A DNA stretch of 64,000 nt from positions 12,225-76,224 of IMG/VR virus record IMGVR_UViG_3300046780_000464, one strand, 5' to 3'. Position numbers and translations under genes: made by a program. A model generated the notes under the pieces. It saw nothing but the letters and a program-made list of their open reading frames with translations. It was not told the DNA's origin and searched no databases. Positions 47,493-56,032 of the stretch are shown one piece after another. Source of the DNA: a virus. How positions within the stretch are numbered: position 1 is the first letter of the stretch; every line of letters begins with the position of its first letter.

Positions 47493-47984
47493 TTACGTGC
47501 GGCGATGGTGCTGGGGTTGATTATTATCCCGTCTTGGAGACGGTGGACCCGAACGGTGGTCATCATCTTCCTCTTTTTCTTCTTTTTCTGCGCCTCGTGA
47601 GGAACGAGTTGAACCATCCGCCGCCGGAATTTCGATTTCATTACTCGGCGGAGCTTCGGTCGTCCCATATTCGTTGGTCGCCGTCACTACACAAGTAATA
47701 ACATGACCGGCATCGGCGTCCGCAACAAGATAGGTATTGGGGGTCTCTTCAACACCAGCAACATCGGAACCATCACGCTTCCACTGGAAGACATAGCTGT
47801 GAGGCTCTGCATCCATATGGTTCCAGTTACCCATGGTGCAGGTCAGACTCTGACCAACCATAGGTGCTCCCTCAACAAAGGGAACATCTTTGTTGTACGG
47901 AGGCATGACCAACCATGCCGTATGCATCTCGTCAAGCATCGGACGATACTTGTTAAACATCGACCACATGATATCAATATCCAT
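47493..47984 (-). CDS. Ig-like domain protein, paralogous to 6847..7428
   Basis: VGQSLTCTMGNW...YVFQWKRDG...TYLVADADAGHVITCVVTATN..GTT.APPSNEIEI; probable start ATG 47984. Confidence 0.7.
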   Translation of the reverse strand: MDIDIMWSMFNKYRPMLDEMHTAWLVMPPYNKDVPFVEGAPMVGQSLTCTMGNWNHMDAEPHSYVFQWKRDGSDVAGVEETPNTYLVADADAGHVITCVVTATNEYGTTEAPPSNEIEIPAADGSTRSSRGAEKEEKEEDDDHRSGPPSPRRDNNQPQHHRRT

Positions 47985-48004
47985 GACCTGATCCTTTCGG
48001 TGGA

Positions 48005-48310
48005 CTACGGCCACCAACCAGTTTCGAGATGAACTTTTGCACTCAACGTACCCCTGACATTTGGCCGTACATCCACCCAAGGGGCACCACATTGTTGGCA
48101 TCTGCAGTACGCTGCAATGTCACCAGGTCCAACAAGTTTCTCACCGGGTGTATAGTTACCAAATCCAGCGGACAGTGCAGTCTTTTCTCGCCAATCCGCA
48201 ATTGGTCCCACTATCTCACAAATTCGATGCCCGTTTTCGCAGGTCACCAAAGTACCAATAGGTGGATTATCTTCCGGCAAGTATTCGCTCCTGAAGATTC
48301 TCTTTGTCAA
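48005..48310 (-). CDS. Hypothetical Cys-containing protein
   Basis: VTCENGHRIC...CRCQQCGAPW; possible metal binding. Confidence 0.55.
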   Translation of the reverse strand: MTKRIFRSEYLPEDNPPIGTLVTCENGHRICEIVGPIADWREKTALSAGFGNYTPGEKLVGPGDIAAYCRCQQCGAPWVDVRPNVRGTLSAKVHLETGWWP

Positions 48311-48614
48311 ACCAATCCGGTCGATTTAGACTTGGCTTGACGAAGGGTTTCTTACGTGTATCCACCCAATTTTGATAAGCACCAGGTACGCTGCCCGATT
48401 TTCTACTTTTTCGGCGGACATAGTTAACTAACGTCTTTTCCTCACGCAGCCTGGTAATTCGAGTTCGTATACTCCCATACTCTCGATCAAATGCTTTCAT
48501 CAATGCAATAATGACTTTCTTTTGTGTCAACCCTTGTTCCATCCCATCATTTATCGCCTTGATTAGAATTTCGTCTTGTTCTGCTGTCCAAATCGATTGA
48601 ATCCCCTTATGCAT
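48267..48614 (-). CDS. Myb/GcrA-like helix-turn-helix protein
   Basis: IWTAEQDEILIKAI..G....KVIIALM....REYGSIRTRITRL; basic C-terminus; probable start ATG 48614. Confidence 0.55.
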   Translation of the reverse strand: MHKGIQSIWTAEQDEILIKAINDGMEQGLTQKKVIIALMKAFDREYGSIRTRITRLREEKTLVNYVRRKSRKSGSVPGAYQNWVDTRKKPFVKPSLNRPDWFDKENLQERILAGR

Positions 48615-48804
48615 CTTCTTCCTCTGTGGTTTCGGGTTCTTCCACGTCATCCCAATCAAGTTCATCAGGGTCAAAACCCATGATGTCTATCCAGTCTTGA
48701 CTAACTGGAGCATCCTCATCAACCTCTTCCTCCCGCTCCTCGTCAGTTGGCAAATCAGCATGATTGCCATATTCACCATAGGAAGGTTGAGGAAGTGGTG
48801 CCAT
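48607..48804 (-). CDS. Small acidic protein
   Basis: 65 aa, D/E-rich; TAATG coupling to the portal gene. Confidence 0.6.
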   Translation of the reverse strand: MAPLPQPSYGEYGNHADLPTDEEREEEVDEDAPVSQDWIDIMGFDPDELDWDDVEEPETTEEEDA

Positions 48805-51542
48805 TATCTCCAGCCTGAGAACACGATCGGATTAATATACGATCGCAAGGCGACATCTGGTGTATTGCCTAGCTTTTTCGATACTGCCAATGCAACCTGT
48901 TGGCAGGCCTTCTTAAAAGCTGCATCATCACCGGGTGGGGGTGCACGCATCTTTGATATTACTTCGTTTGCAGTCTTGTTAGCAAACAACGTCCTAAAAT
49001 CCTTAGGCTTGCCTAAACCCTTTGTAATATGTTTTGTGTAATCCCGCAAGGATTGATCATTGATCTTCGTGAACAACTTACCCTGATTTTCCCCTGCCAT
49101 CTTGCGCAGAGAGGCGGCAAGTTCGGGATCTTCAACTGGTAAGTTTAACGAGACACCCTTCTTACCTGTAAATCTCAAAAATGTCTTATCCCCCTCAGTC
49201 TTGACAAACTTACCTTGTAATGTAGTCGCACCATAAGCCTGCTTTTCAGCCCCTGTATCTCGTTCACTACCCGGCCTTAGGCCCATCTGCATGATTATAC
49301 CAAGACATGTAGCATGTTCACGGGTTCGACCATCCCAGGCAGTCAAATTCTTATCATTTTCTTCCTTGTACTCCGGCATATGTGGGGTTAACTTTAATTC
49401 AAGCTCAAACTTTTTTGCATCCTGAGAATCTCTGTACTCCTGATGGAATAGTGGTTGAATACGACCCTTAGAGTCTTTACCACCCGCTAGTTGACCCCTA
49501 GCGTTAGGATCCATATTGATTCTAACATCAGTCCAGGCTGGTGGGATCTTAAAGTCTTTGGCATGTTCTGGCCAATCTTCTTTATTGGCCGGAGCAGGAG
49601 TTAGACTGTAATACCCAACGGTTGATTCTTTCTTAGGTTTGGCAGTGGTAGTTGCTTTCTTTGCAGCAGGCTTTGCAGTCTGTGCCTTAGCTGCAGGCTT
49701 TGCTGGTGCGGCGGCTGTAGCTGCCGATGCACCAGAACCTTTACTTACAAACTGACCACCTTTACCACCACTAGTACCTTCAGGTGCATGTGGATGGTCT
49801 TTAGGATCAAAGCCAGCGTCTGCCGCTACCTTAGCATTCAATAGATCAACTAATTTCTGATTATTATCATTACTATTGTCACCAGGAGCGCCTCCGCCCG
49901 GGGCCAGGGGAACAGCCGGTCGTTTAGGAGGCGCTGCACCAGGTGGCCCAGCGGCAGGTGATGGTGGACCACCACCCGGTGGTCCGCCTGGCCCTCCTGG
50001 TTGTGATGCAGCACCTGGTGGTTGTGGGGCACCAGGTACACCAGGAGGCTGTGGTGGAGCAGGAAGTTCTTTTGTTAGGTCTACACCATCAAATGGACTA
50101 TCCGGATCCTGAGCAAGAGAATCACGTACCTCTTGTGGATCAACTGCACCCATACCATAGTAAGTTTCTCTGGTTGCAGCCTTTACTTGCTCTCTCTGAA
50201 CAATCTCTTCAGGCTTCTCTTGTCTTAGTGGCTTAAAGTCAAACGTAATATCATCGTCCACTTCATCAAACTCGCTTAACTGAATAAGGTCAATAATCTT
50301 GGTCAGATTGGGCCGGTACAATACTTCCTGAAATGCCGCAATCCAGTCTTCAAAAGAAACCAGTTCACCCTCGCTACTTGCATTCAATCCAGCAGGCTGA
50401 ATGCCCAACAACTTAACCAGTGGAATACGGGCAATCGCCGCCATATGTTCTTGAGATTGTGCTTGTAAGGAATCCAGTCCACCAAGTGGAGCACTAACAT
50501 TACTAAAATCTTCAGCGTCCTTATCAATGACCATTGCGCCTTGGTTATTCTTGATATTGTTAAATAACGCGACACGGGCAAATAGTGCATCCCCACCCAC
50601 ACCAGTGGTGGCGTCCATATTGGTTTTCAATACACTGTGTGAAAAGTTCTGAATCAAGTCACTGACACTCTGTCTTGTCCTTAACCAATTGTCGACATAG
50701 GGCTTGAGCATTTGAGACATGCTTAACCCGCCAAAAGCATAGGCGGGTTTCAAGATGTCCGGCATTTCTCGACCAACAAATGTCAGCAACCGTGAGCGAT
50801 GTACCTCGCGCGACATTACAAACCAAGTGATTGGGTTATACCAATCAGGGCTCAGTGGATCAACCGAGTCATACCGGGTAGGATAACACCAAGTGGGCTC
50901 TACCGGCAAGACTCTAATCAGCTTTTGCGCTTTACCACTATTTGACGAACCAACCTTCTGTTTACTCAACAGATTGCGACCATCACCTAAATCTAGCCTT
51001 AACTCTTCGTCATCGTGAGTTTTGCCGGTGTCTAGGTATAAATGACCGCGACCAAAGAAACCATCAGCCTCTGTTGCTTTTTGAAATGCCTTTCTAATCC
51101 TAAGGTTGTCCATCTTGTCATTGATTTTCTTGATCTTGTCTGACTTGCTTTCATCACCACTGGCGGCCTTTAACTCAATCCACTCACGAGTCATTTCAGA
51201 AGCAATAACTTCTGTAACCACCCGGTACTCTGGGCGTTGTGATAGACTAGCCAGGTAGGCATAGCCCATAAACACAACGCCTTCAGCATAAGCTGTGGCA
51301 ATAAAGTCTCTGGACGCCCAACCAAAGGTTCCAGATATTGTTTCATCCATCGCCAGTGTTGGAATATCGCGCTCTTTTAGCGCGTTTTCAACTGCTGGCG
51401 GGAAGCTCGGTACTTCAAATGGACTACGAGTTGCTACTGAAGGCCGCCTAATCATGGCTGACTTAGCCAGAACCTCAGACGGTATTATCTTTACCGGGTT
51501 CTTTGTTTCCGATACTTGCTTGAGATCGGTAACTTCAGCCAA
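48804..51542 (-). CDS. Portal protein (DUF1073-like) fused to a C-terminal type IB DNA topoisomerase domain
   Basis: Portal motifs: FMGYAYLASLSQRPEYR...SEMTREWI, PDILKPAYAFGGLSMSQ, IPLVKLLGIQPAGLNASSEGE. TopIB motifs: IPPAWTDV, GKDSKGRIQ, LRPG (R756), FTGKKG (K794), KDFRT (R850), LGNTP (N893), RSYI (Y902). TTG start. Confidence 0.92.
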   Translation of the reverse strand: MAEVTDLKQVSETKNPVKIIPSEVLAKSAMIRRPSVATRSPFEVPSFPPAVENALKERDIPTLAMDETISGTFGWASRDFIATAYAEGVVFMGYAYLASLSQRPEYRVVTEVIASEMTREWIELKAASGDESKSDKIKKINDKMDNLRIRKAFQKATEADGFFGRGHLYLDTGKTHDDEELRLDLGDGRNLLSKQKVGSSNSGKAQKLIRVLPVEPTWCYPTRYDSVDPLSPDWYNPITWFVMSREVHRSRLLTFVGREMPDILKPAYAFGGLSMSQMLKPYVDNWLRTRQSVSDLIQNFSHSVLKTNMDATTGVGGDALFARVALFNNIKNNQGAMVIDKDAEDFSNVSAPLGGLDSLQAQSQEHMAAIARIPLVKLLGIQPAGLNASSEGELVSFEDWIAAFQEVLYRPNLTKIIDLIQLSEFDEVDDDITFDFKPLRQEKPEEIVQREQVKAATRETYYGMGAVDPQEVRDSLAQDPDSPFDGVDLTKELPAPPQPPGVPGAPQPPGAASQPGGPGGPPGGGPPSPAAGPPGAAPPKRPAVPLAPGGGAPGDNSNDNNQKLVDLLNAKVAADAGFDPKDHPHAPEGTSGGKGGQFVSKGSGASAATAAAPAKPAAKAQTAKPAAKKATTTAKPKKESTVGYYSLTPAPANKEDWPEHAKDFKIPPAWTDVRINMDPNARGQLAGGKDSKGRIQPLFHQEYRDSQDAKKFELELKLTPHMPEYKEENDKNLTAWDGRTREHATCLGIIMQMGLRPGSERDTGAEKQAYGATTLQGKFVKTEGDKTFLRFTGKKGVSLNLPVEDPELAASLRKMAGENQGKLFTKINDQSLRDYTKHITKGLGKPKDFRTLFANKTANEVISKMRAPPPGDDAAFKKACQQVALAVSKKLGNTPDVALRSYINPIVFSGWR

Positions 51543-51704
51543 CTAGAGGTGTCCTCCGAAGATCAAGACTAGTAGAACAATTATCAATAACAAAACCCCA
51601 AATGATGGGTAATAACCATAGTTGTAAGGTGCCATATGCCCCCAATTAGGCAACCCACCTACAAGCAGTAGGATTAGTATAACTAGAAGAATAATGCCAA
51701 GCAT
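51543..51704 (-). CDS. DUF3309-like small membrane protein (absent from the ORF track)
   Basis: Hand translation MLGIILLVILILLLVGGLPNWGHMAPYNYGYYPSFGVLLLIIVLLVLIFGGHL. Confidence 0.75.
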   Translation of the reverse strand: MLGIILLVILILLLVGGLPNWGHMAPYNYGYYPSFGVLLLIIVLLVLIFGGHL

Positions 51705-51862
51705 TATCTAATGCCAGGCATAAAGATAAACAACCCCAGCAACAACACAGCCACAAACGCAAAGAAGACGTTTGACGTGGCGAATGGTTGTAATGGTGGA
51801 AAGGGTAGGATTGTGAGGAGCCACAGGAACATCACGACGACGAACAGGATTTCGATGATCAT
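51704..51862 (-). CDS. Small two-TM membrane protein (absent from the ORF track)
   Basis: Hand translation MIIEILFVVVMFLWLLTILPFPPLQPFATSNVFFAFVAVLLLGLFIFMPGIR; GGAGGG RBS; TAATG coupling. Confidence 0.7.
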   Translation of the reverse strand: MIIEILFVVVMFLWLLTILPFPPLQPFATSNVFFAFVAVLLLGLFIFMPGIR

Positions 51863-51879
51863 CTTGCCCTCCACGTGAG

Positions 51880-52818
51880 TCATCGGACGCGCCTAGCACA
51901 GATGTAACCCTGAACATTCGAAGTACCGCCACCACCAAAAGACGTCTCTCCTACCAGATAAATGGTAAGAGGTACCGCAGTGTTAGCACGGCATTGTCCA
52001 GTCATCAATACCTGCCGCGCCCCGGATGTCAGCGCCGTTGTATAAAACAACGTCATAATGCCAACACCCACGTACAGATCGTTGTCAGTCGGCAGCGAGT
52101 TATCATTCAAACTAATACTGCCACAAATCATATTTGGACTTTTATTGGAGGGAGGTCGAAAGTCAACACAACCCCACATTTCCCAGCAGCCAGGAGTCAA
52201 AGTGATCTGAGTAATCGTTGAGGGCAGATCCGAAGTAACTACAATACCAGTTTGATTAGCCGATACAATGTATTCACCAATCTCACCCGGCTGCGCATCA
52301 GATCCGTCGTTTATCCCCATAAGTTTTGAGGTATTTGGAACAAGTAATAGATTATCAGAACCTAATACAGCTAAGTTACCACCATCCGTACTAACTTCTG
52401 TTGGTCCAGGAATGCCTTGTGGTCCGGTATCACCAGTTGGCCCTGGAGGTCCGGTATCACCAGTAGCACCTTGTGGTCCGGTATCACCAGTTGGCCCTGG
52501 AGGTCCTTGCACACCAGGTGGTCCTGCTACAACTGTTGTATAGGCTTGCTCAAAAGCAAGCTTCGGCTCCCAATACATAGTTTGTTCTGGGTCTGGATAG
52601 GCAACGAAGTAATCACCAATCGCAGGATCACCATTTGCAAAGAACATATCCGTAACGTCAATTGTTTCCGGAGTTCCTAGATTGTCAACGGTGACAGTTG
52701 CTGCCGACCGGCTGAAATCAGTAATCGGTGCGGCCTCAATTATACGGTAAGTCTGATAGAACATCGGCAGACCCAAATCGGGTCTGGGATCTTGTGGTGG
52801 GAGATCGGGCATAGACAT
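51880..52818 (-). CDS. Collagen-like (Gly-X-Y) repeat protein with N- and C-terminal globular domains
   Basis: [42 protein letters not shown]; C-terminal [17 protein letters not shown]. Confidence 0.75.
   Translation of the reverse strand: MSMPDLPPQDPRPDLGLPMFYQTYRIIEAAPITDFSRSAATVTVDNLGTPETIDVTDMFFANGDPAIGDYFVAYPDPEQTMYWEPKLAFEQAYTTVVAGPPGVQGPPGPTGDTGPQGATGDTGPPGPTGDTGPQGIPGPTEVSTDGGNLAVLGSDNLLLVPNTSKLMGINDGSDAQPGEIGEYIVSANQTGIVVTSDLPSTITQITLTPGCWEMWGCVDFRPPSNKSPNMICGSISLNDNSLPTDNDLYVGVGIMTLFYTTALTSGARQVLMTGQCRANTAVPLTIYLVGETSFGGGGTSNVQGYICARRVR
52415..52506. repeat. 38-bp exact direct repeat with a 54-nt period in the collagen tract
   Basis: ccttgtggtccggtatcaccagttggccctggaggtcc at 52415-52452 and 52469-52506. 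Confidence 0.9.
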
Positions 52819-53118
52819 CTACAGTCCACCAGCCAGTGCTAAGGCATCATCCTTCGCGTGCTGTAAATGACCAGAAGGATACTGTGTCACTTGCACTGTA
52901 AAGCCTTCTGCTATCAACGCATGTTGATATTCAGTTAAGTTAGCTGCTGAATTAAATGTTGTAGTACCACTATCAACAGTGCCAGTAACCGAACTATTTT
53001 TCTTGACCGCTACAGAAAGTGCATAAATCTTATTCCCATCATGTGTAATCACCGCGGCGTACTTCCAGCCGGTTGGTTTGAAATTTGAGAAAGGTTCTAC
53101 TTCAACTTCCTCGGTCAT
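52819..53118 (-). CDS. Hypothetical protein
   Basis: 99 aa; ATGA coupling upstream; abuts the next gene. Confidence 0.65.
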   Translation of the reverse strand: MTEEVEVEPFSNFKPTGWKYAAVITHDGNKIYALSVAVKKNSSVTGTVDSGTTTFNSAANLTEYQHALIAEGFTVQVTQYPSGHLQHAKDDALALAGGL

Positions 53119-53273
53119 GTCGGTTCCACAGTTTCCGGTGGGATAATCACAGTTCCCGACTTTTCAATACTTGCCTTCCATTCTAACAATTCCCGAATCG
53201 CCACTTCCATTTCATCAGGAGTCATGCGACCATGATGGCGAGGTTCCGGAGGTTGTTGTCTTGACTCTACCAT
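53115..53273 (-). CDS. 52-aa hypothetical protein (absent from the ORF track)
   Basis: Hand translation MVESRQQPPEPRHHGRMTPDEMEVAIRELLEWKASIEKSGTVIIPPETVEPT; fills the gap with overlaps at both ends. Confidence 0.6.
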   Translation of the reverse strand: MVESRQQPPEPRHHGRMTPDEMEVAIRELLEWKASIEKSGTVIIPPETVEPT

Positions 53274-54898
53274 CTCGGTCCGTGCATGTTGGAAGTTAGA
53301 TTAACCAAATCAACTGGCCGTCTAGCAACTATGGTTTCAGACATTGCTAATACCTTGGGATCTATATTCAAGGTCTGCCGCTTGCTGAGCATTATGTGCA
53401 TCACTCCGGCCACAACATTAGCTAGATCGTCGTGAGTACCGGGAGAGTGATCGATTGTCTCGTGACCACCACGTGAGATTCGCCGGTCGAGTCCGAGCAA
53501 CTGGTTATAAAGGCGACTGTTATCAAGTAACTCACACCGTCCGGCGTTGACGATCGGTAGAAATGCAACGTAAATGTCGGATTTACTAGCCTTAGAGACA
53601 TTATATTCAACACCCTTTATTCTAAATCTTTCCCTGGGCCACTCACCAGCATAGTGGTCACCAACTACCCTAAAGACCCGATAAGTATGTAATACTGAAA
53701 CAAACTCTTCAACCACCGCTTCCGGTGAGAATTGTGGTCTACGCTCTCTCAATACATCAAGTACACCACGTTTAGTCTGAGGATCAATATGGCCAATTGC
53801 CAGGGTCATACTATCACTGGAACCACCACTAGGATCTACAAATCCGTAATAACGCATCCCCATTTCATATGGTAGTTCATGTAATCCGCGGGTGGTTACA
53901 CTATCAATTGCCTCTTTCGTGATAAAGGCATCAACATCAGATCTAAATTCGGCACCATATTCCGCGGCAGCACTATAGGGGTCTTCTTCGTACTTTTCAT
54001 CAATAAACGTTTGTGGTACCGTAGGATTCATTATTCTTGTAGCAGCACGCCAAATCAGAGGACCTTCATCTTTACCAAAGTACCTTTCAAAGTTATTCCA
54101 CAATACACCACGGCGAGCGTATGGGGATGAAGCGCCCAACAATAGTGCATTTGGGATGGTGGCCATTGCCGGCTCAAGGGCGGCGATAATTTCTGTATCA
54201 GGATTTGCCGAAGACTCGTCACTATGCCAAAAAGCAATCTCATCACACAATGCCGCAATAATGGTTCTTGACCGGACTGCTCTATAACTAGCTGTGCCAA
54301 CTTCAACTAAGATATTACCATGAAATAGAACAGATTCGGCGTTCTCTGTCTTGACTCTGGTCTTCAATTTCGGATGATCTAGAAAGGCTTTAACATAACC
54401 CATGATTACTCGAGCTTGTCGACGGTCTGCTGCCAATACAAGTAGTACACCCAGTTCCCCGGGGTCCAGATAATGAGACCAATCATAACAACAACCCAAA
54501 TACACAGCAATAGCAGCAAGTATACGAGACTTCCCGCCGCGACGACCGACCGGCATCCAGACCCGTGACGATTTCTTCGTAGGCTGGTCAATAAGATCAG
54601 TGCAGTCTCTAAAGATCTGGTATTCTTCATTTTCTTCAAATGGAATGGCGAATACAGTACCAACAAAAGAACGCCAGGAAGTCCAATTACTACCGTACCA
54701 ATCAGGAATTATTTCAGCAATGAAATCATGTGGTCTACCCGCATAGGAGTAGGCCCACTTCAAATCTACATCAGGTTCCTTTATCAACTGTAACTTTGGA
54801 ATTACCCTGTCTTTCAAACTGACATAGGTATCCAGCGCCAAATCTTCCAGACGGCGCCGGTTATGTGGTAATGTTTGATGTCTAGTCTTGGTAGGCAT
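53267..54898 (-). CDS. terL: Terminase large subunit
   Basis: Walker A VGRRGGKS, Walker B ALCDEIAF, coupling motif ASSP, RNase H-like nuclease GFVDPSGG...HDDLANV. Confidence 0.95.
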   Translation of the reverse strand: MPTKTRHQTLPHNRRRLEDLALDTYVSLKDRVIPKLQLIKEPDVDLKWAYSYAGRPHDFIAEIIPDWYGSNWTSWRSFVGTVFAIPFEENEEYQIFRDCTDLIDQPTKKSSRVWMPVGRRGGKSRILAAIAVYLGCCYDWSHYLDPGELGVLLVLAADRRQARVIMGYVKAFLDHPKLKTRVKTENAESVLFHGNILVEVGTASYRAVRSRTIIAALCDEIAFWHSDESSANPDTEIIAALEPAMATIPNALLLGASSPYARRGVLWNNFERYFGKDEGPLIWRAATRIMNPTVPQTFIDEKYEEDPYSAAAEYGAEFRSDVDAFITKEAIDSVTTRGLHELPYEMGMRYYGFVDPSGGSSDSMTLAIGHIDPQTKRGVLDVLRERRPQFSPEAVVEEFVSVLHTYRVFRVVGDHYAGEWPRERFRIKGVEYNVSKASKSDIYVAFLPIVNAGRCELLDNSRLYNQLLGLDRRISRGGHETIDHSPGTHDDLANVVAGVMHIMLSKRQTLNIDPKVLAMSETIVARRPVDLVNLTSNMHGPRW

Positions 54899-55053
54899 CA
54901 GCTACCGTACTGCACTGTGATTACCCAGACACCGGGTTGTGTCTGGGTGTAAGTGTAACCGGTCACACAGCGTTGACCATTTACACCACAACCAGTGCAG
55001 CCGGCAAGGACAAAGCCCATACCAACCACTAGAGAGAGAATGATCAACTTCAT
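54898..55053 (-). CDS. Small lipoprotein
   Basis: MKLIILSLVVGMGFV-LAGC lipobox; 51 aa from ATG 55053. Confidence 0.65.
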   Translation of the reverse strand: MKLIILSLVVGMGFVLAGCTGCGVNGQRCVTGYTYTQTQPGVWVITVQYGS

Positions 55054-55054
55054 G

Positions 55055-56032
55055 TTAATTCCCTCTTGAAAACTTTGGTAACCTACGTTGTGCCCCCGCA
55101 CCTTGTATCTCGTACTCTTCTTCCCCAAGCGTGATCATGTTAGCAATAAACATTTCAAGTTCATCAACAGACATTTTCCTGACTGTCTCTTCAAATTCTT
55201 CCTTTGTGCGGGGGAGGTTAATTGTGATTTCCCGCCGCTCAATACCCACTTGAGTGTCTCTTGCCAGTAATGTTAAGGCATGAGTCTTATCAATCGTCAT
55301 TACTTCGATTTTGTTATCACCAACCCTAACACCTTTGAATATCTTTTTGGCTGATTCCGAAAGGTATCTTGTATCGCAAACATACATCATCGGCTCGCCG
55401 ATACCATGGCATTGTGGGCAATCTGAATTGATTTCACGATTACGACTATACCCACTCCCACCCTTGATATCGACTTCTTTGCGGTTCTTACCAGCCACCC
55501 ATGCAGCAGTGGCATGTTTGAAGATCAAGGGACCAAATTCGTTTGTAATACAAGAAGAGGGCCAATTGTTTTCACCGTAGGACTGCGCCTGCTCAACATA
55601 ATACAATTCAGGGTCGGTGTACTGAAAGCGATTGCCTTCACCCCAACAATGCCTACAAGGCACTCGCCAAACACCGGTAATCTCGGTCGGATCACCTTCG
55701 TAAATATGTTTTAATTCACGACGAACATCAGCTGCGGTAACCGATGCCATCTCTGTAATAGTTTCAAGTCTTTCACGAATAGCACAACGAACACTAATCT
55801 CTTTCATCGCAATATCGAAATTCGAGAACCCCGACCGGGTGGCGCTTTGTTGTGGATTCTGACTAACAATCAATTCATCAACAAACTTGCGCTGGTGTGC
55901 GGGTAGTCTACTATAGAACCACAACGTCTGAGGGGAAGGCGGTAAATCATCAAAACGCATACGGGAGTAGGCACTGCTACTACCGTATTTTATATTCCTT
56001 TTTGGTTGTTTGATAGGAGGAGGGTTTGGCAC
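55055..56032 (-). CDS. terS: Terminase small subunit with an inserted CxxCxGxG zinc-finger pair
   Basis: HQRKFVDELI...NPQQSATRSGFS...VRCAIRER...VTAADVRREL; CRHCWGEG and CPQCHGIG; KIEVMTIDKTHALTLLAR; upstream of terL. Confidence 0.8.
   Translation of the reverse strand: MPNPPPIKQPKRNIKYGSSSAYSRMRFDDLPPSPQTLWFYSRLPAHQRKFVDELIVSQNPQQSATRSGFSNFDIAMKEISVRCAIRERLETITEMASVTAADVRRELKHIYEGDPTEITGVWRVPCRHCWGEGNRFQYTDPELYYVEQAQSYGENNWPSSCITNEFGPLIFKHATAAWVAGKNRKEVDIKGGSGYSRNREINSDCPQCHGIGEPMMYVCDTRYLSESAKKIFKGVRVGDNKIEVMTIDKTHALTLLARDTQVGIERREITINLPRTKEEFEETVRKMSVDELEMFIANMITLGEEEYEIQGAGAQRRLPKFSRGN

Noticed and set aside
48804-49700. C-terminal portal domain as a tyrosine recombinase/integrase
   Set aside because: IPPAW, GxDxKGRxQ, FxGKxG, KDFRT and LGNTP..A..SYI are TopIB signatures; the HxxR motif of integrases is absent
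51708-51938. 76-aa ORF in the track
   Set aside because: Another frame gives two RBS-led, TAATG-coupled membrane proteins (51704..51862 and 51543..51704) that fit better
74-56000. Many plus-strand and short alternative-frame ORFs in the track across the late region
   Set aside because: They lie antisense or out of frame to long, tightly coupled minus-strand genes, lack RBSs and mirror low-complexity repeats; treated as shadow ORFs
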